Part shown: in pieces, positions 54,578 through 64,000 of the stretch
How the letters are laid out: every line of letters begins with the position of its first letter
Numbering within the stretch: position 1 is the stretch's first letter
The notes under the pieces: model-generated
The model's database searches: none
The model's input: the letters and a program-made list of their open reading frames with translations, nothing else
What the model was told of the DNA's origin: nothing
NCBI GenBank assembly: GCA_038213805.1
Contig: JBBQSO010000005.1
Span: forward strand, 46,237 to 110,236
Reading direction: 5' to 3'
Length of the DNA stretch: 64,000 nt
DNA from: Planctomycetota bacterium
GTDB lineage: Bacteria > Planctomycetota > UBA11346
Position numbers and translations under genes: made by a program

Positions 54578-56020
54578 ATGTCGATCAAACCCAGAAGACC
54601 GCAGCCCACGGGACGGCCACAGAGCCGTTATGCTCCTGGCCGGACCTCGGGTACGCACCAGCAGGTCCGCCGGGCGGCGCCGCCAGTGGCTTCCCAGAGC
54701 AAGTCCATACCGCTGCAGCGCCGGCCGCTGACCACCGACATTCTGCGCCGCCTTGAGACCGACCCGGCTTTCATGGTCATGACCGGGGACAACCACTGGA
54801 TCGATCCGTACACCGGGCAGTCCGTGCCGGCCGCGCAGGGCCGCCTCGAAGCCGCCCGCGCCCATCTGATGGACAGCGGTTCGTGGCGCGACCGCGACCC
54901 GCTGCCACGCATGCAGCTCGAGATCGTGCGCTGGCGCATCGACCTGATGCGCCTGCTGCCGTCGGAGCCTCGCCTGCGCATCTTCGGCAGGGACGGCCGC
55001 TGGCTCAATCCCTTCAACGGCGAACTGGTCGCCGATATCGTGCGCGAGGACGGGAAGATCACCGCGACCACCATCACCGCGATGGCGCGCGTGCTGTGCA
55101 CCTGCCCGCCGGCGGCGAGCGGCCGCCTGCTCGACAGCCAGTCGCTCGCCAGCAAGGTCCAGGCGCTCGGCCTGACGCGCAGCGATCCCAACCTCGGCAA
55201 GTCGACAGACACCGGCCTCAGCATCGACATGGAAAAGGCGCGCAACGTCCAGCAGAACATGCTGTCGGCGCTGCCCGACCTTGATGGCTACGACCTGGCC
55301 GTGCATTTCACCCCGCAGGCGGGCGTCAGCGGTGATTTCTACGAAGTCATCACCATGCACAGCGGCGATCTGATGTTCTTCGTCGGCGACGTCAGCGGCC
55401 ACGGCATGCAGGCCGCCCTGGTGGTCGCGACGGCGCTTAAGACCATCCGCTTCCTGGCGCGCACCGCGACCAGCGTCACCGGGCTGCTCACCCAGTTCAA
55501 CGACGAGATCCGCGCCGACCTGCTGCCTGGCCAGTTCATCACCATGTTCGCCGGCCAGCTCGATCCCGTCGCCGGCACCCTGCAGTGCGTGCGCGCCGGC
55601 CACCATTCCGGCATCCTGATGAATCTCGAGAACGACACCGTGATGCGCCGTGTCGGCCGCCCGGGCATGGCCATCGGGCTGGCGCCCAGCTCGGTGTTCG
55701 CCAACAGCATCCATGTCGAGATCGTGCAGCTGCAGTCCGGCGACCTGCTCGTGCAGTACACCGATGGCGTCACCGAGGCGATGGACACCCAGGGCGTCGA
55801 GTTCGGCGAGGCCGGCTTCTACAGCAGCATCTTCCGCCAGTGCAACGGTTCGCTCCAGGAACTCGTCGATGGGATCGCCAAGGATGTGCAGGCCTACGTG
55901 CGGGGCCTGCTTGAGGATGACCTGACGATCTTCGCGATGGCCGTGATCCCGCCGCCGGAGGACGTCGCGACGAGCGGTGAATGGGACGAGAACGAGAACG
56001 ATAACGACACGCACGGCTGA
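54578..56020 (+). CDS. PP2C/SpoIIE phosphatase with unknown duplicated N-terminal domain
   Basis: SGDFY, GDVSGHG, RAGH, YTDGVTEA, DDLT. N-terminus has two W.[DN]P[YF][TN]G repeats. Confidence 0.9.
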   Translation: MSIKPRRPQPTGRPQSRYAPGRTSGTHQQVRRAAPPVASQSKSIPLQRRPLTTDILRRLETDPAFMVMTGDNHWIDPYTGQSVPAAQGRLEAARAHLMDSGSWRDRDPLPRMQLEIVRWRIDLMRLLPSEPRLRIFGRDGRWLNPFNGELVADIVREDGKITATTITAMARVLCTCPPAASGRLLDSQSLASKVQALGLTRSDPNLGKSTDTGLSIDMEKARNVQQNMLSALPDLDGYDLAVHFTPQAGVSGDFYEVITMHSGDLMFFVGDVSGHGMQAALVVATALKTIRFLARTATSVTGLLTQFNDEIRADLLPGQFITMFAGQLDPVAGTLQCVRAGHHSGILMNLENDTVMRRVGRPGMAIGLAPSSVFANSIHVEIVQLQSGDLLVQYTDGVTEAMDTQGVEFGEAGFYSSIFRQCNGSLQELVDGIAKDVQAYVRGLLEDDLTIFAMAVIPPPEDVATSGEWDENENDNDTHG

Positions 56021-56024
56021 GGCC

Positions 56025-56684
56025 GTGAACCGCCTCGCCATCTTCGATCTCGACGGCACCCTGGTCGACAGCCGCACCGATATCGCGCGCGCCGCCAACC
56101 ATGCGCGCGCCGCGCTCGGACTCGCTCCCTACGCGCTGGACACCGTCGTCGCCTTCGTCGGCGACGGCGCGGCCAAGCTCATCGAGCGCATGACGCCGGG
56201 GTCCGACGCGGCCGGTCGCGCGCGCGCGCTGGCAGCCTTCGAGGCGCACTACGGGGCGCACTGCTGCGTCGACACGGAGGTCTACCCGGGCATCGTCGCG
56301 CTGCTCGCGGCCCTGCAGGCGGCCGGTTGGTCGCTGGCCGTCGCGACCAACAAGCCCGACGCCATGACCCACACCTTGCTCGCCGGGCTGGATCTGCTGC
56401 GCTGGTTCGCGGCGGTGCGCGGCGGCGACGGTCCGCGCAAGCCCGACCCGGGGCAGCTCACCGCGCTCATGACCGAACTGGACGCGGCGCCGGCGACGAC
56501 CTGGATGATCGGTGACCATCGTACCGACATCGGCGCGGCTCATGCGGCTGGCTGCCGGGTGGTCTTCTGCCGCTGGGGGTTCGGTCAGCGCGACGGTCTC
56601 GACGTCGACGCTGAAATTGCCGCGCCGGCGGACCTGCTACCGCTCCTCCTCGGCCGCGCGCCGCAGCCGGTCCGGTCGGACTGA
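56025..56684 (+). CDS. gph: HAD hydrolase, phosphoglycolate phosphatase-like
   Basis: FDLDGTLVDS, ATNK, KPDP, MIGD...D...A. Confidence 0.8.
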   Translation: MNRLAIFDLDGTLVDSRTDIARAANHARAALGLAPYALDTVVAFVGDGAAKLIERMTPGSDAAGRARALAAFEAHYGAHCCVDTEVYPGIVALLAALQAAGWSLAVATNKPDAMTHTLLAGLDLLRWFAAVRGGDGPRKPDPGQLTALMTELDAAPATTWMIGDHRTDIGAAHAAGCRVVFCRWGFGQRDGLDVDAEIAAPADLLPLLLGRAPQPVRSD

Positions 56685-56696
56685 GGGCGGGGTGGG

Positions 56697-57305
56697 ATGA
56701 GTGACGGTGTGCGCGATGCGGATGGCTATCTGGTGACACCCGACCTGGTGCTGGAGGCGTATGGCCAGGGCTGCTTCCCGATGGCCGACGATCGCAATGG
56801 GCGCCTGCGCTGGTACCGGCCGCGCGAGCGCGCAATCATCACCTGGGACCGCTGGGCGGTGCCGCGCAGCCTCGACAAGGTGGCGCGCAACCGCAAGCCC
56901 TACCGCCTGACCATTAATGCGGACTTCACTGCGGTGATACGCAACTGCGCGCAGCGCGCCACCACCTGGATATCGACCGACATCGAGCAGCTCTATGTCG
57001 CGCTGCACGAGCGCGGCCACGCCCACTCGGTCGAGGCGTGGTCGCCAGAGGGGTCGCTGGTGGGGGGGCTCTACGGCCTGGTGATCGGCGGCTGCTTCTG
57101 TGGCGAAAGCATGTTCCATACCGCCCCCGACGCCGCCAAGCTGTGCGTCATGCATCTGGTCGAACGTCTGCGCGCCAACGGCTTCACCGTGCTCGACTGC
57201 CAGCAGCAGACCCCGCACATGGAGCGCTTCGGCGCCTATGAGATCGACGAGAGTTCTTACGCGCGGCTGCTGATGACCTGCCGGGATCGGCGGCCATTCC
57301 CGTGA
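56697..57305 (+). CDS. aat: Leucyl/phenylalanyl-tRNA--protein transferase
   Basis: AY..G.FPM, TWI, AHSVE.W, LVGGLYG, F.GESMF, LDCQ..TPH..RFGA. Confidence 0.95.
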   Translation: MSDGVRDADGYLVTPDLVLEAYGQGCFPMADDRNGRLRWYRPRERAIITWDRWAVPRSLDKVARNRKPYRLTINADFTAVIRNCAQRATTWISTDIEQLYVALHERGHAHSVEAWSPEGSLVGGLYGLVIGGCFCGESMFHTAPDAAKLCVMHLVERLRANGFTVLDCQQQTPHMERFGAYEIDESSYARLLMTCRDRRPFP

Positions 57306-57340
57306 TGGAGATGGAAAGTGACTGGCAGGGGAGGTACGTA

Positions 57341-57393
57341 GGTGCGGAGTGCGGAGTGCCGGAACAGCCGCGTTCAACCACGCACTCCGCACC
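57341..57393. repeat. Short inverted element, GTGCGGA family
   Basis: ggtgcggagtgcggagtgcc ... cgcactccgcacc, downstream of aat. Confidence 0.6.
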
Positions 57394-57523
57394 AAACGGA
57401 CTTCTGGACCCATTTGTGTCACGAGCCCATGCTGCGCTTCCCTGCTGCTTCCCGGACGCTTCCCGGACGCGGCGAAGCTGACAGCCTCCTGAACCTGGAT
57501 ATCCACCGAACGCCCATTCAATA

Positions 57524-57539
57524 TGGCAAAGAGCATGCA
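57524..57539 (+). promoter_or_regulatory. Possible sigma54 promoter ahead of the secreted protein / T2SS genes
   Basis: TGGCAAAGAGCATGCA has GG-N10-GC spacing but several mismatches to consensus. Confidence 0.4.
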
Positions 57540-57614
57540 AGAGCCTGGCAGCGGCGACGGATGGACTGACGGCCACTGCGCCCGGTGACCACGACCTACC
57601 GACGGAAACACCCC

Positions 57615-58397
57615 ATGAAGACCGCGCTCCCCTTCCTCCTCCTGGCGATGCTGGCCGTGCCCGTGCTGCGCGGCGAGGACGCTGCCCCCCCCGCCGTCAC
57701 ACCTCCGGCCGCCCCGGCGGCCGCGGCCGCGGCCACCCCAGCCACGCCGGCCCCCGCGGACGCGAATGGCAATGGCGGCAATCGTCAGAATGGCTTCATG
57801 CGGCGCATGATCGCCGACAATCCCGAACTCAAGGACGTCGACCCCAACACCCCCGAGGGGCAGGACAAGATCCGCGAGGTCATGCAGAAGCGCATGGAGG
57901 CCAACGCGCCGCGGATCCGCCAGCGCATGGCCGAGCAGCAGGCCGCCACGCATACCGAACTGAACAAGCAGTTCGCCATGACCAGCGAGGAGTTCACCGC
58001 TATCGAACCGCTGCTGACCCGCGTCGAGAGCCTGCGCATGCAGAAGGGTCTAGTCGATCGCAGCGGCGGCGGGCGCCAGGGACGCGGCGGTCCCGGTGGC
58101 TTTGGCGGTCCTGGCGGTCCCGGTGGCTTCGGCGGCATGAATATGAATCCTCAGCTGATGCTCGGCGACACCCCGATGGAGCCGACCGTCAAGGACATCA
58201 TGGAGGCCGGCAAGGCGCTCAAGGCGCTGGTCGACGATACCCAGGCCAACGCCGCTGAGACCACCGCGGCCATCGCCCGTGTGCGTAAGGCGCGCGAGGC
58301 CTTCGCCGCGGTATTGACCAAGGCACAGGACGACCTGCGCGCGGTGCTCTCACAGCGCCAAGAGGCGATTCTGCTGGATCGCGGCACGCTGGAGTGA
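57615..58397 (+). CDS. Secreted helical protein with Gly-rich insert (Spy/CpxP-like architecture)
   Basis: Signal peptide, Pro/Ala linker, GGPGGFGG repeats, C-terminal L..AQ..LR.VLS.RQEA.L...G.LE. Confidence 0.7.
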   Translation: MKTALPFLLLAMLAVPVLRGEDAAPPAVTPPAAPAAAAAATPATPAPADANGNGGNRQNGFMRRMIADNPELKDVDPNTPEGQDKIREVMQKRMEANAPRIRQRMAEQQAATHTELNKQFAMTSEEFTAIEPLLTRVESLRMQKGLVDRSGGGRQGRGGPGGFGGPGGPGGFGGMNMNPQLMLGDTPMEPTVKDIMEAGKALKALVDDTQANAAETTAAIARVRKAREAFAAVLTKAQDDLRAVLSQRQEAILLDRGTLE

Positions 58398-58645
58398 CTG
58401 CGCGTTGACCTAAGCGCCGCGCCGACTGCGGTCCGCAGGCCTCGACGCGGCGAGTCATCAGTGCGGCAGCAGCGAGCGCCCTGACCGGTTCCCACGCAGG
58501 GGGAGCCGGCCAGGATGTCCCGCGTTCCACCAGTCGTAGCCGGCGCTGCCAACTCAGCGGCAGGGCTGCGCCGCGGTATCATTTCGCGCCCGGTTTCCGA
58601 GCTTCGCCCGCCGTCCGCCTCCTTCAGCTCACCCGTGAACCCGTC

Positions 58646-60352
<1,707 letters not shown>

Positions 60353-60517
60353 GAGTATGAACACGAAGCCTGCCCGTCGGTCTGACCCGGTCTCAGCGGC
60401 ATCCGCCGCGTTGGATCTCGCTCGCGGTAGCGTTGCTTCCGCTCCGCTCCATCCGCCTTGCGTCTGCTCGCTGATACCGGGCCAGCCCTCGGTTGGCTTC
60501 GCGTACATACTCTAGCC

Positions 60518-61717
60518 ATGCCCACCTTCGAATACGTCGCCCTCGCCGCCGACGGCCGCTCCCGCGCGGGACGGGTCGAGGCCGATGACCAGCCCGCCGC
60601 GCAGCGCGCCATCGAGGCCCAGGGCCTGGTGCCCACCGCGGTGCACAGCGCCACCACCGGCGGCCTGCTCGGCGGCGGGCGCGTGCCGGCGGCCCAGGTG
60701 CTGGCCTTCGCGCGCTCGCTTGGCGGGCTGATCGCGGCGGGCGTGCCGCTATCGCGCGCGCTGACCGTGATCGAGCGCGAGGCCACCCACCCAGCTGCGC
60801 GGCAGGCGTGGGCGTCGATCCACGCGCGGGTGCGCGACGGCAGCACCCTGGCCGACGCCATGGGCGCGCACGCCGGGCTGTTTCCGCCGGTGTTCATCGC
60901 GATGGTGCGCGCCGGCGAGGCCGGCGGCTTCCTTGAGCTGGTGCTGGAGCAGGTCGCCGACTACCTCGAGCGCAGCCGCGAGCTGCTCGGCCGCGTCGGC
61001 GCGGCGCTGATCTATCCGGCACTGCTTGCGACCATCGCCAGCGCGGTAGTGACCTTCCTGCTGATCTGGTTCATTCCGCGCTTCGCTACGCTGTTCGCGT
61101 CCTTCAACCGCGAGCTGCCGCTGATCACGCGCATGATCCAGCAGGCCAGCGACATGCTCGTCCACCAGGGCTGGATCGTGGTGGTGATCGGCGTCGGCGG
61201 CTTCCTCGGCGCGCGCGCGCTGATCGCCACCCCCGGCGGCGCCGCGGCGTGGGAGCGCCTGCAGCTGCGCCTGCCCGGCGTCGGCGAGGTCAAGGGCACG
61301 CTCGCGCGCGTGCGCTTCTGCCGCATGCTCGGCACGCTGCTGAAGGCCGGCGTGCCGCTGCTGCCCGCCTTGAAGGTCTCGCGCGAGGCGATCGGCAACA
61401 CGGTGCTGTCCGAACGCCTCGCCGCCGCCACCGAGCGCATCCGCCAGGGCGAGCCGCTCAGCGCCGCACTCGGCGGCCTGGGCCGCATGCTGCCGCCGAC
61501 CGCGCTCGAGGCGCTGACCGTCGCCGAGAGCAGCGGCCGCCTGCCCCAGGAGCTGCTGCGCCTGGCCGACGGCAGCGAGCGCGACCTCGACCGCCGCCTG
61601 CGCACCCTGGTGGCGCTGGCCGAACCGCTGATGCTGCTGCTGATGGCGTCGCTGGTCGGCACCATCGTCGTCGGCATGCTGATGCCCATCTTTGATCTTT
61701 GGAGCGCCATCAAATGA
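60518..61717 (+). CDS. gspF: Type II secretion inner-membrane platform GspF
   Basis: AGVPL, F.PVF.AMVRAGE.GG, ALIYP, ESSG.L, EP...L. Confidence 0.92.
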   Translation: MPTFEYVALAADGRSRAGRVEADDQPAAQRAIEAQGLVPTAVHSATTGGLLGGGRVPAAQVLAFARSLGGLIAAGVPLSRALTVIEREATHPAARQAWASIHARVRDGSTLADAMGAHAGLFPPVFIAMVRAGEAGGFLELVLEQVADYLERSRELLGRVGAALIYPALLATIASAVVTFLLIWFIPRFATLFASFNRELPLITRMIQQASDMLVHQGWIVVVIGVGGFLGARALIATPGGAAAWERLQLRLPGVGEVKGTLARVRFCRMLGTLLKAGVPLLPALKVSREAIGNTVLSERLAAATERIRQGEPLSAALGGLGRMLPPTALEALTVAESSGRLPQELLRLADGSERDLDRRLRTLVALAEPLMLLLMASLVGTIVVGMLMPIFDLWSAIK

Positions 61718-61722
61718 CCACC

Positions 61723-61916
61723 GATTGCCACCGTCCGGAAGTCCGTTCGAGGATTGCCACCGTCCGGAAGTCCGGAAGTCCTGCCACGCCACGTCGGCGT
61801 GGACCTCTATGCGACGCCCAATCAAAAAAGTCAGGCACCGTCATGGATCACCACGAACTCCCTCATAACGAGACTTCCGGACTTCCGGACTTCCGGACTT
61901 CCGGACCTTCCCCTCA
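61723..61916. repeat. Octamer-family element between gspF and gspG
   Basis: 22 bp direct repeat gattgccaccgtccggaagtcc (61723, 61752). Right arm (cttccgga)4-ccttcccctca. Confidence 0.85.
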
Positions 61917-61929
61917 GCGGAGACGCACC

Positions 61930-62355
61930 ATGTCCACCAGGCGCACGACGTCGGCGTTCACCATTCTCGAACTCCTCCTCGTCCTCGTCATCCTCGCCGT
62001 CCTCGCCGGGATCGTCGGCTCGCGCTTCGTCGGGCAGAGCCAGTCGGCGAAGATCAAGGCGGCGCGCACCCAGCTCGGGAACTTCTCGCTCGCGCTCAAC
62101 CGCTTCGAGGTCGACCTGGGCCGCTTCCCGAGCGCCAGCGAGGGGCTGCGCGCCCTGGTCGAACGCCCGGGCGACAACGGCAAGACGTGGCAGGGGCCCT
62201 ACCTGGACGGCAACGCCGTGCCGCTCGACCAGTGGGGCAACGTGTGGAACTACCGCCAACCCGGGCAGCAGCGTCCCGAGGGCTTCGACCTGTGGTCGGA
62301 CGGCCCCGATGGTCGCGAAGGCGGTGGCGACGACATCACCAACTGGACGGAGTGA
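61930..62355 (+). CDS. gspG: Type II secretion major pseudopilin GspG
   Basis: AFTILELL prepilin motif, GRFPS..EGL.AL, WQGPYL...P.DQWG, PG, S.GPDG.EG..DDI.NW. Confidence 0.95.
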   Translation: MSTRRTTSAFTILELLLVLVILAVLAGIVGSRFVGQSQSAKIKAARTQLGNFSLALNRFEVDLGRFPSASEGLRALVERPGDNGKTWQGPYLDGNAVPLDQWGNVWNYRQPGQQRPEGFDLWSDGPDGREGGGDDITNWTE

Positions 62356-62367
62356 GCGGGATCCGCC

Positions 62368-62982
62368 ATGCGTCCGGCTTTCACCCTTCTCGAACTGCTG
62401 CTCGTGCTGGTCGTCATCGGCGTACTCGCGGCGATCGCCGCGGCCCGCCTAGGCGGTATGCGCGCCTCACAGGGGGTGGAGCAGGCTGCGCAGCAGGTGC
62501 ACGACCAGGCGCTGCGCTGCCAGGCGTTGGCGGCGCGCGGCGGCAATGCGGTGCGCCTGCGCATCGACCGCCAGGCGCTGACCGTGACCGTGCAGGAGTT
62601 GGTCGCGGCCGGCCCGCGCGCTCCCGGCGACGGGGCGGTGCCGCAGGTGATGCTCTACGACGGTGTCGACACCGTGACGCTGACGTACGTGCGTGATGAC
62701 GGCGTGGCTGCTGCCGATCCGCTCGATCTGCTCTTCCTGCCCGATGGGCGCTGCGATACGCCCGGGCAGCTGACGCTGTCCAACACCAGCCGCGATGGCG
62801 CAGTGCGGATCCATGGCAACGGCCTGCCGCCGACGCTGCTGCTGGCCAAGGATCTCGACCAGCAGGCGGAGCAGCCGCAGAACGGGCCGACCATGCAGGG
62901 GGAGCAGGCGACGCAGCGCAAGAAGGCCGCTGCCGCACCGGCGGCCCCGAAAGCGGCGGCCAAGCCAAGCGGTGGCGCATGA
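62368..62982 (+). CDS. gspH: Minor pseudopilin, GspH-like
   Basis: AFTLLELL motif, F.PDG, position after gspG. Confidence 0.7.
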   Translation: MRPAFTLLELLLVLVVIGVLAAIAAARLGGMRASQGVEQAAQQVHDQALRCQALAARGGNAVRLRIDRQALTVTVQELVAAGPRAPGDGAVPQVMLYDGVDTVTLTYVRDDGVAAADPLDLLFLPDGRCDTPGQLTLSNTSRDGAVRIHGNGLPPTLLLAKDLDQQAEQPQNGPTMQGEQATQRKKAAAAPAAPKAAAKPSGGA

Positions 62983-63452
62983 ACGGCGCCGTCCTCATGC
63001 TCCCGCCCCGGTGCACCGCCCGCGTCGGCGTGACCCTGATCGAGGCGCTCATCGCAATCGTCATCGTCGCGGTGATCCTGCCGTTGGCGCTGTCCGGGGT
63101 CAGCCACGCGCTGCAGGCCGCAGACCAGACGCGCAAACAGGATGTGGCGCGGCGCCTGGCCGAGACCCGCTTGGCGCGCGTGGTCGCCGATGGGTCGTGG
63201 CAGAGCTCTGCGCTGGCGGGGACCTTCGACGCCACCCAGGACGGCGAGGACGCCGACGCCTTCGCCTGGCAAGTGACGCTGACGCCGTGGCGCGATCGGG
63301 CGGTGCAGATCCTGGTGCTGACGGTGAGCTGGGGGGCGGTGGGTTCTGGCCAGGCGGTCACGCTCACCACCCTGGTCACACCGCCTGCGCTCACGTCGGC
63401 GACCAGCACCAGCGCAGCGACCCCTGCCACTCCTGTGGCGACGCCCAAATGA
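62979..63452 (+). CDS. gspI: Minor pseudopilin, GspI-like
   Basis: GVTLIEAL motif, ATGA overlaps with neighbours. Confidence 0.7.
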   Translation: MNGAVLMLPPRCTARVGVTLIEALIAIVIVAVILPLALSGVSHALQAADQTRKQDVARRLAETRLARVVADGSWQSSALAGTFDATQDGEDADAFAWQVTLTPWRDRAVQILVLTVSWGAVGSGQAVTLTTLVTPPALTSATSTSAATPATPVATPK

Positions 63453-64000
63453 GTCCCACCTGCAGCGCACGCGGCTTCACATTGCTGGAGGTGATCCTCG
63501 CGCTGGCCGTCAGCGCGCTGATCATGGCCGTGGTAGGTCCCGCGCTGATCGGCACGGTGCGCGCGCAGCGTCAAGCGCGCGCCCTGCTCGAACCGCTGGC
63601 CGCGGAGCAGGTGGCTCTGGCGGTGCTGCGCGACGACCTGCTCAGCGTGCCGGCGCCGACCGGCTCGGTCATCCAGGGCTTCACGGTGGTGTCCGTGCCG
63701 GTCGACAGCTTCGCTGCCGATACCCTGCAGTTCCTCAATGATGGCGCGCCCCCGCTGCACCCGTCACTGGCGGTGCGATCTCCCGACCTGGGCCAGGCGA
63801 CCATCACCTGGTCGTGCCAGGCTTCGGCAGACGGCCACGGCATGGCGTGGACGCGCAGCCGTCAGGCCAACCTGCTCGCGGTCGACACGGCGCCGGCGGT
63901 GCCGGCCGAGGTCATGCTCGACCACCTCGCGCGGCTGACCGTCGAGAGCCTGATTGGCACCGCCTGGAGCCCGACCTTCGACAGCACCCAGCACGCCGAC
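63449..64000 (+). CDS. gspJ: Minor pseudopilin, GspJ-like (3'-truncated; not in ORF track)
   Basis: Manual translation MSPTCSARGFTLLEVILALAVSALI...LRDDL. Frame appears open to the window end. Confidence 0.7.
   Translation, partial: MSPTCSARGFTLLEVILALAVSALIMAVVGPALIGTVRAQRQARALLEPLAAEQVALAVLRDDLLSVPAPTGSVIQGFTVVSVPVDSFAADTLQFLNDGAPPLHPSLAVRSPDLGQATITWSCQASADGHGMAWTRSRQANLLAVDTAPAVPAEVMLDHLARLTVESLIGTAWSPTFDSTQHAD

Overview
A 64 kb window of very GC-rich bacterial chromosome, most likely Planctomycetota (PVC group). This is inferred from a PVC-type CxxCH heme/dehydrogenase protein, DUF1080, a secreted prenyltransferase-repeat protein and a divergent L34. Housekeeping genes include rsmB, pth, rpmH, mutM, hemB, pheS, recA/lexA, Sua5/TsaC, aat and a gph-like HAD. 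Other content: sugar-catabolic genes (L-galactose dehydrogenase-like AKR with a Zn dehydrogenase, two unassigned glycosidase-like proteins), a sigma54-type NarK transporter, a polyamine operon, two PP2C phosphatases and the start of a type II secretion operon. No rRNA, tRNA, CRISPR array, integrase or transposase was seen. The most notable observations are five. (1) At least five families of intergenic elements made of inverted pairs of 7/8-mer tandem repeats, many starting exactly on TGA stop codons. (2) A fucokinase/GDP-fucose pyrophosphorylase that appears colinear with plant FKGP, plus other plant-type enzymes. (3) A JAB/Mec peptidase in an apparent operon with a plant-type cystathionine gamma-synthase. 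(4) A protein made of five tandem HTH-like repeats. (5) An intact and a degenerate spermidine-synthase paralogue around an ornithine decarboxylase. All family assignments come from motif recognition and memory of reference proteins, not from database searches.
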